From the NCBI GenBank assembly GCA_043818055.1, contig JBDRGF010000071.1, positions 1 through 59,588 of the forward strand: DNA of 59,588 nt, read 5' to 3'. This stretch comes from Pseudomonadota bacterium. GTDB taxonomy: Bacteria; UBA10199; 2-02-FULL-44-16; JBDRGF01. Made by a program: the position numbers and the translations under genes. Below are positions 21,045 through 31,744 of the stretch, piece after piece. How positions within the stretch are numbered: the stretch's first letter is position 1; each line of letters starts with the position of its first letter. The notes below the pieces were generated by a model. The model did not search any database. It saw only the letters and a list, made by a program, of their open reading frames with translations, and was not told the DNA's origin.

Positions 21045-22334
21045 ATGAAAGCACCTAAAACAACTCATTGTCCCAATCCCAACATGAGCGCCTTTGAAAA
21101 TGCATTGACTCAATTTGAAGAGGCGGCCAACATTCTAAATCTCACACAAAACCAAATAGTTATGATCAAAGAGCCGAGGCGTGTGGTGGAAGTGAAACTA
21201 CCCGTCCGGATGGATGATGGCAGGATTGAAGCATTCAAAGGTTACAGAGTTCAGCACAATATATCACGCGGACCTGCAAAGGGAGGCGTTCGCTTTCACC
21301 CTGACGTTAACCTCGATGAGATAAAGGCTCTCGCATTATGGATGACTTACAAGTGCGCAGTTGTAGGCGTTCCTTTCGGCGGAGGAAAGGGAGGGGTTAT
21401 CTGCGACCCTTCAAGCATTTCAAAGGGTGAACTGGAAAGACTTGCAAGACGTTACTTTGCAGAAATGATAGATATCTTCGGCCCTGATAAAGACATACCC
21501 GCACCCGATGTCGGAACAAATTCACAGATCATGGCATGGTTCATCGACACTTATTCAATGCATAAGCGGGAATTCTCCCCTGCTGTCGTCACTGGCAAAC
21601 CCATCGAACTTGGGGGCTCAGAGGGACGGGTTGAAGCTACAGCCCAGGGAGTGGTCCTCTGCATAAAAAAAGCGGTAGAACATCTTAAGATAAACCTTCA
21701 AAACTGCACTGTAGCTATTCAGGGTTTTGGAAATGTAGGTTCGAACACTGCAAAGATTCTCAACAAAGAGGGATGCAAAATATTGGCTGTCTCAGATGTC
21801 AGCGGAGCATATTACAATAAAAAGGGACTCGATGTCCCTGCTGTGCTTGCATTTCTGGAAAAACATCACGTGCTCAAAGGCCTTGATAAAGAGGTCAAGG
21901 CTACACAGATGAAAGATCCCAAGGAGATCTTAGAACTCGAAGTCGACATCTTAGTCCCCGCCGCGTTGGAAAATCAGATCACAAGCCAAAATGCCGACAG
22001 GATAAAAGCACGAATTATCGCTGAAGGCGCGAATGGGCCAGTCACACCAAAGGCTGACAAAATATTGAACAAAAATAATATATTCGTCATACCCGATATC
22101 CTGTGTAACTCGGGAGGCGTGACGGTATCATATCTCGAATGGGTGCAGAACCGGATGGGATATTACTGGTCAAACGATTACATACAAAAAGATCTGGTAC
22201 GCATAATGGGAATGGCATTTGATACTGTACTGCACGTATCCCTGAATCATAAAGTAGATATGAGAATTGCAGCCTTCATCGTTGCGATTCAATCCGTCAC
22301 GAGGGCATCAGAATTACGGGGACTTTACGCTTAA
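21045..22334 (+). CDS. gdhA: Glu/Leu/Phe/Val dehydrogenase (glutamate dehydrogenase, catalytic)
   Basis: GPAKGGVRF, MTYKCA, GGGKGG, PAPDV, GFGNVG, EGANGP all intact; GGAGG RBS before ATG 21045. Confidence 0.93.
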   Translation: MKAPKTTHCPNPNMSAFENALTQFEEAANILNLTQNQIVMIKEPRRVVEVKLPVRMDDGRIEAFKGYRVQHNISRGPAKGGVRFHPDVNLDEIKALALWMTYKCAVVGVPFGGGKGGVICDPSSISKGELERLARRYFAEMIDIFGPDKDIPAPDVGTNSQIMAWFIDTYSMHKREFSPAVVTGKPIELGGSEGRVEATAQGVVLCIKKAVEHLKINLQNCTVAIQGFGNVGSNTAKILNKEGCKILAVSDVSGAYYNKKGLDVPAVLAFLEKHHVLKGLDKEVKATQMKDPKEILELEVDILVPAALENQITSQNADRIKARIIAEGANGPVTPKADKILNKNNIFVIPDILCNSGGVTVSYLEWVQNRMGYYWSNDYIQKDLVRIMGMAFDTVLHVSLNHKVDMRIAAFIVAIQSVTRASELRGLYA

Positions 22335-22355
22335 TTTTGAATTTTGGAGAAAATC

Positions 22356-23624
22356 ATGAATGACGCGAAAAAGTTCGGTTCGTTGGCTAATGTCACTGCG
22401 GAATTCAAAGCAGCCGCAGATTTTCTATCCCTCACAAAAGATCAGAGGGTGTCCATAGAAGAACCGCGATATTCTGTAAGACTAAAGCTTCCAATCCGCA
22501 TGGACAACGGCTCAATAAAAGTATTCATGGCTTATCACACTGTTCACTCGATAATCCTCGGACCCTCGATCGGCGGCGTTCAGTTCCGACCGGACGTTAA
22601 CTGGGATACGATAGAGGCATTGGCCTTCTGGTCGACTCACAGGTCAGCCCTGCTCAACATTCCCTTCGGAGGGAGCTGTGGCGCGATCGAATGCGATCCT
22701 GCCATGTACAGTGTTGGAGAGTTGGAGAGATTAAGCCGTCGTTATGTTACAGAGCTATATCAATTGATCAACCCAAACAACGACATATTGACCTCCGATA
22801 TCGGAACAAATCAACAGATCATGTGTTGGGCGATGGATTCGTATTCGGCATACAAGAAAAATTACACACCCGCGATGGCACTCGGAAAACCTGTCGATCT
22901 GGGAGGGACAAAATATTCAACTTATCCCACAACGATAGGAGTAGAGCTTTGCATAAAAAAGGCCTGCGAACAGAAGGGGATAAATATCAACGGGGCGAAA
23001 GTCGCTATACAAGGATTTGGAAAGGTAGGCTTGAGCTTAGCCCAGGCATTGCACAAGGATGGAGCCAAGATCATTGCGATCGCCGACGTCAGCGGTGCAT
23101 ATTACCGGAAGGATGGAATAGATGTCGAAAAAGCGGTTTGGCACCAGCAATCAAACGGGATGCTCGACGGTCTGGAAGTTGAAATGGATATAGAAAAGAT
23201 GAAAGATCCGATGGAAATATTCGCATTGCCTGTTGACGTCCTGGTTCCTGCAGCAGTCGAGCTGCAGATCACGGAAGCTAATATGTTCGACGTCAAGGCA
23301 AAGGTCATCGCAGAAGTTGCGCAAGACCCAGTCTCCCCTATCGCCGACAAATATCTGCATGAAAAAGGGAGACTGATAATTCCCGATATACTCTGCAACT
23401 CAGGCGGCACTATCGGCCATTATCTCGAATGGGTGCAAAACCGCAGCGGCTATTACTGGCCGGAGGATAGAGTCCATGCAGAGATCCAAAATGTCATCGG
23501 GAAGGCTTTTGATCGCACAATCGAGCAGACAAAAAAACATTCCATCTCCATGCGATTGGCTGCTGCGATATTAGCAGTAGAACGTGTAGCAAAGACAGCA
23601 GCTCTCAGGGGAGCCTATGCCTGA
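22356..23624 (+). CDS. Glutamate dehydrogenase paralogue lacking catalytic lysines (probable regulatory subunit)
   Basis: Colinear with the upstream GDH but reads GPSIGG, STHRSA, GGSCGA; Rossmann GFGKVG kept. Confidence 0.85.
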   Translation: MNDAKKFGSLANVTAEFKAAADFLSLTKDQRVSIEEPRYSVRLKLPIRMDNGSIKVFMAYHTVHSIILGPSIGGVQFRPDVNWDTIEALAFWSTHRSALLNIPFGGSCGAIECDPAMYSVGELERLSRRYVTELYQLINPNNDILTSDIGTNQQIMCWAMDSYSAYKKNYTPAMALGKPVDLGGTKYSTYPTTIGVELCIKKACEQKGININGAKVAIQGFGKVGLSLAQALHKDGAKIIAIADVSGAYYRKDGIDVEKAVWHQQSNGMLDGLEVEMDIEKMKDPMEIFALPVDVLVPAAVELQITEANMFDVKAKVIAEVAQDPVSPIADKYLHEKGRLIIPDILCNSGGTIGHYLEWVQNRSGYYWPEDRVHAEIQNVIGKAFDRTIEQTKKHSISMRLAAAILAVERVAKTAALRGAYA

Positions 23625-25386
23625 AAAGATCATCATAGTTGGAGATGGTCAACCCGGCGGAAAGGGATCTGGGCTACTTAAGCTTCAACAGAGACTTGAT
23701 GACATTCTGAATGATATATCCTCACCACACTCAAAAGACAAAATTGAGATTCCACAGACGATAATAATTACGACCAGCGCATTTAGAGAATTTGTTGAAC
23801 ACAACAAATTAGAAACTTTAATCGAAAGAATTGAAAACACCGCTCATCATGATATCGAATCTGAAAAACTGGCAAACTCATTTTTAACCGGTGAATTTAC
23901 AGAGAATTTAAAAAACATTCTTCTCAAAACGCTGGATGAGTTTGAGACACCCGTTATAGTACGATCCTCCTCCCTTCTTGAAGATCAGAAAGGAGCAGCA
24001 TTCGCCGGCAAATATCAATCGATATTTTTGGCCAATCAGGGTGAGAAAAAAACACGCCAAGAAGAATTTTTAAGTGCGATAAAAAAAGTTTATTCTTCTA
24101 CCTATAACCCCGATGCGATTGCATATCGACATAAACATGGTTTTGCTGATTCAAAAGAGGAGATGGCGCTCGTAATACAAGCTGTCGTCGGCAACCGATA
24201 TGGAGATTATTACCTTCCAGCCATGGCTGGGGTAGGTTTTTCACAGAATGGCTACTGCTGGAATAAAGAGATCAAAAAGAGTGATGGATTGGTAAGACTG
24301 GTATTTGGCCTGGGCACGAGCGCAGTCGGACGTGGTTATGTAAGGCTTTTTTCTCCTGCAAAACCTCTCATGCGTCCAGAGGGAACTGACGTCGATAGCA
24401 TACAAAAGTGTTCACAAAAAAAAGTTGATGTTATAGACCTGAAAAACAATAGCCTCAAAACCGTACACTTCAGAGAGCTCATTCCGGATGGCTTGAACTG
24501 TTACAAGGGTTCGCAGCCGATGATTTCATTACGCGACGGCGCGCATATCTATCGTCCTGTTTCGAATATTTGGGACAAATCCTTCATTCCTGTATTAAAC
24601 ATGGATGGAGTTCTCACATCACAATGGATGAAAATAAACATCCCAAAAACATTAGGCTATCTGCTTTTAGAATTAGAGAAGAGGCTCGGATTTGCAATAG
24701 ATATGGAATTTGCGATCAACTTCGACAATGAAAAAGAGATGGCCGTTTTATACATACTGCAGGTACGACCTCTATCTGAGCGCGAAGGCTTCAAGGTTAA
24801 AAAGATCCCTGACATAAAGGATGAAGATATAATATTTTCCGTACAGCGCAATCTGCCAACATATCATATTCCCGATATTGAATTCCTGATTTACGTCGAT
24901 GATGTTATATATCATCAGTGGCCTCATAACGAAAAACAGAGTGTCGCAAGAGCCGTTGGAAAATTAAACAATATCTTAAGAGAAAAACGCTTTGCACTGA
25001 TCGGCCCTGGACGCTGGGGATCCTGGAATCCCGAACTGGGAGTTCCAGTAAGCTACGCGGAAATTTCCCACACTCTTCTGCTTGTTGAAGTAGCACGCCG
25101 AAAAGCAACATATATACCTGAGGTCTCATTTGGTTCCCATTTTTTTCAGGATCTGATCGAAGACAACATCGCATATCTTCCAGTATATCCGGATGAACCT
25201 GGAGTGCTTTTTCATGAAGATATCCTTAAGAAAAAATCCAAATTCAGGGAACTTTTGCCGGATGAATATTTCAGACAGTTTGATGAACTGATTAAAGTCC
25301 TTCATATTCCAAGCATCAGAAGTAAAAAATCTGCAACAGCAATTTCTAACGGCGAGCTGGAAAGGGCAATCGTTTATCTGGAGTAA
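23617..25386 (+). CDS. PEP/pyruvate-binding (PPDK_N, ATP-grasp) domain protein
   Basis: GGKGSGL, VRSSSLLED..FAGKY, DMEFA, LQVRP, GPGRWGS, SFGSHFFQDL; no phospho-His swivel motif seen. Confidence 0.85.
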   Translation: MPEKIIIVGDGQPGGKGSGLLKLQQRLDDILNDISSPHSKDKIEIPQTIIITTSAFREFVEHNKLETLIERIENTAHHDIESEKLANSFLTGEFTENLKNILLKTLDEFETPVIVRSSSLLEDQKGAAFAGKYQSIFLANQGEKKTRQEEFLSAIKKVYSSTYNPDAIAYRHKHGFADSKEEMALVIQAVVGNRYGDYYLPAMAGVGFSQNGYCWNKEIKKSDGLVRLVFGLGTSAVGRGYVRLFSPAKPLMRPEGTDVDSIQKCSQKKVDVIDLKNNSLKTVHFRELIPDGLNCYKGSQPMISLRDGAHIYRPVSNIWDKSFIPVLNMDGVLTSQWMKINIPKTLGYLLLELEKRLGFAIDMEFAINFDNEKEMAVLYILQVRPLSEREGFKVKKIPDIKDEDIIFSVQRNLPTYHIPDIEFLIYVDDVIYHQWPHNEKQSVARAVGKLNNILREKRFALIGPGRWGSWNPELGVPVSYAEISHTLLLVEVARRKATYIPEVSFGSHFFQDLIEDNIAYLPVYPDEPGVLFHEDILKKKSKFRELLPDEYFRQFDELIKVLHIPSIRSKKSATAISNGELERAIVYLE

Positions 25387-25401
25387 CTTTTTTAAATAGT
25401 C

Positions 25402-26181
25402 ATGACCAATCTTAGAAAATATGGAAATGCTCCATTTGAAGTGGCTGTAATTCACGGCGGGCCGGGAGCGCCCGGAGAGGTCGCGCCTATAGCAAAAGTT
25501 CTTTCTTCTAAAAAAGGAGTTTTAGAACCGATTCAGACTGCAAAATCGGTAGATGGACAGGTCGATGAGCTCAAAGAACTTCTTGAAAAGGAGGGAGATA
25601 CACCCATCACATTGATCGGTTACTCATGGGGTGCATGGCTCGCATTTATTTTGGCGGCCCGACATCAGAATCTGGTCAAAAAGCTTATCCTGATAAGCAG
25701 CGGCCCCTTTGAAAAAAAGTATGCCGCGAATATCATGAAAACCCGAATTAGACATCTTAACACCGAGGAAAAAAACGAGTTTCATTCACTTATCGAAAAA
25801 CTTAATACGCCTGATACTAAAGATGACCAAAATATCGTAAAGCTGTTTGGAAAACTTATTTCCAAAGCTGATTCATATGATCCCGTGCCGTATGATGACG
25901 AAGCAATCGAGCTTCAACTTGATGTGTTCAGAAGCGTCTGGCCTCAGGCTGAGCGATTGAGAGAGAGTGGAGAACTCTTGGAAATGGGAAAAGAGATCCG
26001 GTGCCCCGTTGTCGCTATCCATGGAGATTACGACCCTCATCCATATGAGGGGGTGAAAGAACCCCTTTCGCATACGTTAACGGACTTTAGATTGATCCTG
26101 CTGAAGAACTGCGGACATCATCCATGGCTTGAAAAGAGAGCTAAGGATAAATTTTACGATGTCCTTAGAGATGAATTGTGA
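25402..26181 (+). CDS. Alpha/beta hydrolase
   Basis: HGGPG, nucleophile GYSWG, HGDYD, CGHHPW. Confidence 0.9.
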   Translation: MTNLRKYGNAPFEVAVIHGGPGAPGEVAPIAKVLSSKKGVLEPIQTAKSVDGQVDELKELLEKEGDTPITLIGYSWGAWLAFILAARHQNLVKKLILISSGPFEKKYAANIMKTRIRHLNTEEKNEFHSLIEKLNTPDTKDDQNIVKLFGKLISKADSYDPVPYDDEAIELQLDVFRSVWPQAERLRESGELLEMGKEIRCPVVAIHGDYDPHPYEGVKEPLSHTLTDFRLILLKNCGHHPWLEKRAKDKFYDVLRDEL

Positions 26182-26194
26182 TATAAGGAAATCC

Positions 26195-27610
26195 ATGACA
26201 GAACAGCCTCCTGCCATCTCAAAAGCTAAAATCGGCGTCTTTGCGTTAGCGATGCTCAATCTGGCTATCATCTGCACATTGAGAGGACTGCCTATCATGG
26301 CCGAGGAGGGGCTCTCCCTCGTATTCTATTTTCTCATCACAGCCATCATATTCGTCATTCCAGTTTCATTCGTCTGCGCTGAACTTGCTACCGGCTGGCC
26401 ACCACAGGGACCGGGAGGCGTTTACATTTGGGTATACGAGGCCTTCGGACCGAAACTCGGCTTCATTGCGATCTGGCTGCAGTGGGTTCAGAACGTCGTA
26501 TGGTTTCCGACGATGCTCTCCTTTTTGGGCGCAACGATTGCATACGTTTATGATCCCTCACTCGCCAACAACAAGTATTACATGATATCCGTCATTTTAG
26601 TCTCCTATTGGGGAGGTACGATCTTAAACTTCAAAGGTCTTAAAGTATCCAGCCTAGTCAGCATGATATGCGTCATTGTAGGAACGGTGCTGCCGGGAAT
26701 ATTGATCATCGCCTTCGGCATCAACTGGTACTCCTCAGGCGAGCCTCTTTCTATAACATTTTCCTTTAATAATTTGATGCCGGACCTGAGCAATATTCGC
26801 AACATCGTATTCCTGGCCGGAGCAGTTGTGATCATGGCGGGCATTGAAGTCTCCGCTGCCCACTCAAGCGATGTCAAAAATCCCAAGAGCACATATCCAA
26901 AGGCTATTTTTCTTGCGACTCTCATCTCAATAATTCTTCTGACTTTGGGTTCACTTTCGATCGCAATCATAGTCCCGAAAAACGATTTGAGTCTTGTAGG
27001 AGGTGTGATGGAGGTGTTTAGATTATTTCTCGAAGCGCACAGTCTTACGTATCTGATTCCCACTCTCTCAGTCCTCATATTCATTGGAGCAGTCGGCGAA
27101 CTTTTGGCCTGGATCATCGGACCTGCCAAAGGTCTGATGACCACTGCAAGGGATGGCAACCTTCCACCCTTCCTGCAAAAAGTTAATAACAAAAATGTGC
27201 CAACAAATATCCTCATAGTACAGGCCGTCGTAGTGACAATGCTCTCTGCAGTATTTCTTTTCATGCCGACGGTGAGCAGCTCATACTGGATACTCACTGC
27301 CTTAAGCGTTATACTCTATCTTATCATGTATTTTTTGATATTCGCATCCTCCATCAAACTCAGATATTCTAGGCCAGATGTGATACGATCTTACACCATC
27401 CCCGGGGGAAATCCCGGAATCTGGTTTGTCGCTGGGATCGGAATGCTAGGATGTCTGTTCACATTTGTAGTGAGTTTTTTTCCCCCCTCGCAGATCTCGA
27501 CAGGAAGTCCTTTGTTCTATGAAACGTTCCTCATCGTCGGAACGATAACCATGTGTCTCATCCCACTGATCGTCATGCATTTTCGGAAGGATCACTGGAA
27601 AAAGATCTGA
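26195..27610 (+). CDS. APC-family amino acid permease (GadC/AguD-like)
   Basis: About 12 TM helices; AELATGWP..GGVYIWV, GIEVS, YPKAI motifs. Confidence 0.9.
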   Translation: MTEQPPAISKAKIGVFALAMLNLAIICTLRGLPIMAEEGLSLVFYFLITAIIFVIPVSFVCAELATGWPPQGPGGVYIWVYEAFGPKLGFIAIWLQWVQNVVWFPTMLSFLGATIAYVYDPSLANNKYYMISVILVSYWGGTILNFKGLKVSSLVSMICVIVGTVLPGILIIAFGINWYSSGEPLSITFSFNNLMPDLSNIRNIVFLAGAVVIMAGIEVSAAHSSDVKNPKSTYPKAIFLATLISIILLTLGSLSIAIIVPKNDLSLVGGVMEVFRLFLEAHSLTYLIPTLSVLIFIGAVGELLAWIIGPAKGLMTTARDGNLPPFLQKVNNKNVPTNILIVQAVVVTMLSAVFLFMPTVSSSYWILTALSVILYLIMYFLIFASSIKLRYSRPDVIRSYTIPGGNPGIWFVAGIGMLGCLFTFVVSFFPPSQISTGSPLFYETFLIVGTITMCLIPLIVMHFRKDHWKKI

Positions 27611-27661
27611 TGCTTGACCTTTAAGATTATTCTTGGCAGAAGAGCAAAAAAGGAGGCCAAT

Positions 27662-28153
27662 ATGCCGTCATTTGATATAGTGAGCAAAGTTGATATGAAT
27701 GAACTCGACAACGCCGTGAACAACATTGTACGCGAAGTAGCTACGAGGTACGACTTTCGAAATTCCAAGACCACTGTCACGTTTGACAAGAAGGAGAAGT
27801 CTATCCATGTCACTACCTCTGACACCATGAAGATGGACGCGATTGAAGAGATGATCAAAGTCAACTGTGTGAGAAGAAAAGTCGATCCAAAATGCCTTGA
27901 GTTCAAAGACCCCCAGCCCACATCTCAGGGACAATTAAAACGCGAGGTAAAGATCAAGGAAGGGATATCAAAAGATTTAGCAAAGAAAATCGTGGCGACT
28001 ATTAAAGATCTGAATCTGAAGGTCCAGGCATCCATACAGGATGAGCAGGTGCGCGTGACCGGAAAGAAAATAGACGATCTCCAGACTGTCATACAAACAC
28101 TGAACATAAAGAATTTCGAAGTCCCACTACAACATGTGAACATGAAGTCTTAA
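27662..28153 (+). CDS. yajQ: YajQ-family nucleotide/c-di-GMP-binding protein
   Basis: MPSFDIVS...RYDF...KVQASIQDEQVRVTGKKIDDLQ; AGGAGG RBS. Confidence 0.95.
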   Translation: MPSFDIVSKVDMNELDNAVNNIVREVATRYDFRNSKTTVTFDKKEKSIHVTTSDTMKMDAIEEMIKVNCVRRKVDPKCLEFKDPQPTSQGQLKREVKIKEGISKDLAKKIVATIKDLNLKVQASIQDEQVRVTGKKIDDLQTVIQTLNIKNFEVPLQHVNMKS

Positions 28154-28195
28154 AATACTCAGCTCAGTCTGTTTTATTTGCAGAAAAACAATCTC

Positions 28196-29368
28196 TCATG
28201 CTGGCTCAAACCAATGCCTCGTCTTTAGGCAGATCTTCACAAGCATCAACATCACCGGAACTTCTATCAGCACTCCAACAACGGTGGCAAGCGATGCTCC
28301 TGATGAAAGACCAAAAAGCATCGTAGATGTCGCAATCGCGACTTCGAAATGATTGCTCGCCCCTATCATGGCGGCCGGCGCTGCATCCCGATAGTTTAAT
28401 TTAAGAAGCTTCGCCAGCCCATACCCGAGCCAGAATATGAGATTTGTCTGAATGAACAGAGGAATAGCGATCCATAGAATCGTCAACGGATTGGAAAGAA
28501 TGATCTCACCCTTGAATGAAAACAAGAGCACAAGCGTGATCAAGAGAGCGATGATCGTAACCGGCGTCAAGACATGAAGAAATTTTTCCTTGAACCACTC
28601 TTCACCTTTGATTTTAATCAGCCAACGCCTCGACAGATACCCTGTGACCAGAGGCAACGCAACATATATTGAAATCGACAGGACAAGCGCCTGCCACGGA
28701 ACAGGTAATCGCCCAACTCCCAACAAAAATCCTCCAAGCAGACCGTAAAGGATGAGCATCGTAAGCGAATTGATCGCTACCATAACAAGTGTAAGACCAT
28801 CGTTGCCCTTTGCCAGATATCCCCAGACAAGTACCATTGCAGTACACGGAGCGATGCCGAGAAGAATACAGCCGGCCAGATAGCTTCTCCATAATGGAAC
28901 CTGCAACATTTTTATCCCATCGACTAAAACAACCGTACCCGAACCGTGAGTTGCACCGACTGAGAGATCCAGACCAAACGGCATCTTCACAAGATCAACA
29001 GCATCCGGACCTATGAAATGATAAAATAGTGTACCAAGAAAGAAGGTGGCGATTGCATACATTGTGAATGGCTTGACTGCCCAGTTTATAAACAAAGTAA
29101 GAAGCACAGGTTTCTCGTTCTTCCCTGCTTTAACCACTTCCATAAAATCGATTTTCACCATGATCGGATACATCATGAAGAAAAGACAGATCGCTATTGG
29201 GATAGAAACTACCGGCGCATCACCGACATAGATCGCCATACGGTCAAGTGAAGTTGCCACGTTCGGTGCAAGCTTTCCTAGAGCAATTCCCACACCGATA
29301 CAGAGAAAAACCCACAGCGTCAGGTATCTCTCAAATATCCCCATCCCCCTTTTTATCTTTTCAGACAT
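28196..29368 (-). CDS. acr3: ACR3-family arsenite efflux transporter
   Basis: [50 protein letters not shown]. Confidence 0.95.
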   Translation of the reverse strand: MSEKIKRGMGIFERYLTLWVFLCIGVGIALGKLAPNVATSLDRMAIYVGDAPVVSIPIAICLFFMMYPIMVKIDFMEVVKAGKNEKPVLLTLFINWAVKPFTMYAIATFFLGTLFYHFIGPDAVDLVKMPFGLDLSVGATHGSGTVVLVDGIKMLQVPLWRSYLAGCILLGIAPCTAMVLVWGYLAKGNDGLTLVMVAINSLTMLILYGLLGGFLLGVGRLPVPWQALVLSISIYVALPLVTGYLSRRWLIKIKGEEWFKEKFLHVLTPVTIIALLITLVLLFSFKGEIILSNPLTILWIAIPLFIQTNLIFWLGYGLAKLLKLNYRDAAPAAMIGASNHFEVAIATSTMLFGLSSGASLATVVGVLIEVPVMLMLVKICLKTRHWFEPA

Positions 29369-29377
29369 TTTGTCCTC

Positions 29378-30070
29378 CTAAATCCTGATTTCAAAAATAT
29401 AAACCAGTGAAAGATAGATTCCGACGAGAATAAAAATTACGCCAGTTATCCTTCGCATCAATATTTCAATCTTTGTGATCTTATTAAATATCTTGCCAAC
29501 AAGGTGGGCTGCAAAGGCCATGATAAAGGAAAATACAATAACAGGTATGGCTGTACCTATCCCATACAGCGATGGGATGATAATTCTTGAGTCGTGATTT
29601 AATGCCAAAGGAATGAGGCTGCCGAAAAATATCGCCGCTGACACCGGACAAAATGAAATGGCGAAAATTGCGCCGATCGGCAATGCACTAAAAATGCCGA
29701 ATTTATCTACCCCGTTTTGCAGGTTGTTGCTAAAGCTTAGGCCTTTGAAGTTCAGATTCAACCAGCCAAGAAGAAACATTCCAGTAACAATCAATATTGG
29801 CCCCAAGATCTTACCCATATGTGTTTGAAGGAAATTTGAAATTGAAGGGATATGGTAAAGGCCCGATACAATAATGAACGCGAGTAAAATGTAAGTTAAT
29901 ACTCTTCCAAGGGTATATAATAAACCTGATAAAAGCACATATCTTCTGTGTTCTGATTTTCTTCCGATATATGAAATGGCAGCGATATTTGTTGCAAGGG
30001 GACATGGGCTTATTGATGTTAGAACTCCAAGCCAAATGGAAGTTGTAAATACAAAGATATACTCGCTCAT
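29378..30070 (-). CDS. ArsG-family (DsbD/CcdA-like) membrane protein
   Basis: LTSISPCPLATNIAAISY and FCPVSAAIFFGSLIP; arsenic gene context. Confidence 0.8.
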   Translation of the reverse strand: MSEYIFVFTTSIWLGVLTSISPCPLATNIAAISYIGRKSEHRRYVLLSGLLYTLGRVLTYILLAFIIVSGLYHIPSISNFLQTHMGKILGPILIVTGMFLLGWLNLNFKGLSFSNNLQNGVDKFGIFSALPIGAIFAISFCPVSAAIFFGSLIPLALNHDSRIIIPSLYGIGTAIPVIVFSFIMAFAAHLVGKIFNKITKIEILMRRITGVIFILVGIYLSLVYIFEIRI

Positions 30071-30549
30071 TTAATAAACCTTTCAACTTCGTCTTTTACA
30101 TATTTCTCAAATGTGCCTTGATCCCTGACCAGTTGCCACACCCTATCAAGAGATTGCCAGCGTTTCACTTTGCCGCTATCATATTCCACAATAACAGGTC
30201 CGCTACTTGTCAAATTAAAGTCATATATAAAATGTTCATTGTTTTTCGTTTCGATATTCACAACTTTCCACGTCAGTTGATTATCGCTAATATACGGCAT
30301 TATCGCTTCATGCGCATATTTCTCGATCGCCATGCATGTTGGACAGCGTCGACTGCCGTGAAAATAGTAAAACACCATGCCCTTAGAAATTTCGGATGTT
30401 TCTGTTTTTAGATCTTGCTCTGATTTAAGAACAGGTCTTTCACCATATTCTTTTGCCACGAGATAACCTATACTGGTCAGAACAAAAAGAAGTAAAATTA
30501 TTTTTATGATTTTTGTCATCGAATTTGTATTTTCATTCCATCTCCTCAC
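30067..30549 (-). CDS. ArsF-family periplasmic thioredoxin-like protein
   Basis: N-terminal TM then YYFHGSRRCPTCMAIE; true start may be ATG 30519. Confidence 0.8.
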   Translation of the reverse strand: MRRWNENTNSMTKIIKIILLLFVLTSIGYLVAKEYGERPVLKSEQDLKTETSEISKGMVFYYFHGSRRCPTCMAIEKYAHEAIMPYISDNQLTWKVVNIETKNNEHFIYDFNLTSSGPVIVEYDSGKVKRWQSLDRVWQLVRDQGTFEKYVKDEVERFIK

Positions 30550-31340
30550 TTTCTTGCATAGATTTTCAAGCTGATTACATAATTAAGCGCATCGTTTAAA
30601 AGTTTGCCCGAATTGGTTGGATTGTTGCTGACCGACTCAATCGCGTAAGGTGATTCGTCCATTATTCTAATTTCCTTAAAACCAGCCTTACTTATTTGTT
30701 CAATGTAAGCCTCTTTTAAAATAGCGCCTGCTACACAACCTACATAAGCCTCAACCGACTCCCTAATATTTTTTGGTAGTTCTTTTTTTAAGACTAGATC
30801 CGAGACCATAAGCTTTCCGCCATCTTTGAGAACTCTATATGCTTCCCTAAAAACAGACTCTTTATCAGTTGATAGATTTATTACGCAGTTCGAAATTATT
30901 ACATCGATTGAATTATCATCTACAGGAAGTTTTTCGATCTCTCCAAGGCGGAATTCCACATTTGAATAGTTACCTTTTTTTGCATTCGACCTGGCTTTCT
31001 CGATCATCTCAGTCGTCATATCAACCCCTAGCACTTTGCCGGAGTTACCAACTTTTTTTGCAGCAAGAAAAGCATCAAAGCCCGCACCGCTGCCAAGATC
31101 GAGAACAATGTCGCCTTCTTTTAAAGAGGCGATTGCCACAGGGTTGCCACAACCAAGTCCTAAGTTTGCACCCTCCGGCACAGACTCGATGTCACTTTCT
31201 GTATAGCCGATTTTTTTGCTAATCTTTGCGACATCAACTGATCCGCAACAGGATGAACCGGAGCAACAGGAACTCCCCTTAGAAGCAATTTTAGCGTAAC
31301 CCGATTTGACCTGCTTTTTTATATCATCATGATCCTTCAT
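30546..31340 (-). CDS. arsM: Arsenite S-adenosylmethionine methyltransferase
   Basis: Cys-rich N-terminus SSCCSGSSCC, LGLGCGNP, VLDLGSGAGFD, ISNCVINLS, GCVAGA. Confidence 0.93.
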   Translation of the reverse strand: MKDHDDIKKQVKSGYAKIASKGSSCCSGSSCCGSVDVAKISKKIGYTESDIESVPEGANLGLGCGNPVAIASLKEGDIVLDLGSGAGFDAFLAAKKVGNSGKVLGVDMTTEMIEKARSNAKKGNYSNVEFRLGEIEKLPVDDNSIDVIISNCVINLSTDKESVFREAYRVLKDGGKLMVSDLVLKKELPKNIRESVEAYVGCVAGAILKEAYIEQISKAGFKEIRIMDESPYAIESVSNNPTNSGKLLNDALNYVISLKIYARK

Positions 31341-31663
31341 AAACCTCCTTTTTTATCTGTTCTTTTTCCTTGAGCTATAACCTTACAGCAGCCGCCCTCT
31401 ATCTTAATAGCCTTGAGGTTGACAAAGGCGTCTGTCACCTTTTGATGAGCAGCAGCTAAGATTCTCGAGATAGTAGAGCGATGAATTTTCATCTTCTTTG
31501 CAACTTCATCCTGCTTTAAGCCTTCAAGATAAGAAAGCCTCATCGCTTCAAATTCATCGAGAGACAAAACAATATCTTCCAGCTCGCTTGTTTTTTTGCA
31601 CTTTGGCCTAAAACAACGTTCACCAGTGTCGCATCTAATCCATCTCTCTTTTTTGGGCCTCAT
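31337..31663 (-). CDS. DUF134-family HTH protein (putative regulator)
   Basis: MRPKK.R, LSLDEFEAMRL, QDEVAKKMKIHRSTISRIL, KAIKIEGG. Confidence 0.88.
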   Translation of the reverse strand: MRPKKERWIRCDTGERCFRPKCKKTSELEDIVLSLDEFEAMRLSYLEGLKQDEVAKKMKIHRSTISRILAAAHQKVTDAFVNLKAIKIEGGCCKVIAQGKRTDKKGGL

Positions 31664-31686
31664 ATTTGTCGCAGCCTAACAAGATA

Positions 31687-31700
31687 TGCACATATGTGCA
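31687..31700. promoter_or_regulatory. Perfect 14-bp palindrome, probable operator of the arsenic operon
   Basis: TGCACATATGTGCA, 23 nt upstream of the DUF134 start. Confidence 0.65.
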
Positions 31701-31744
31701 ATATAAAAATCATTTTTCACTTAATGAATTTGGGGGGTCAATTT

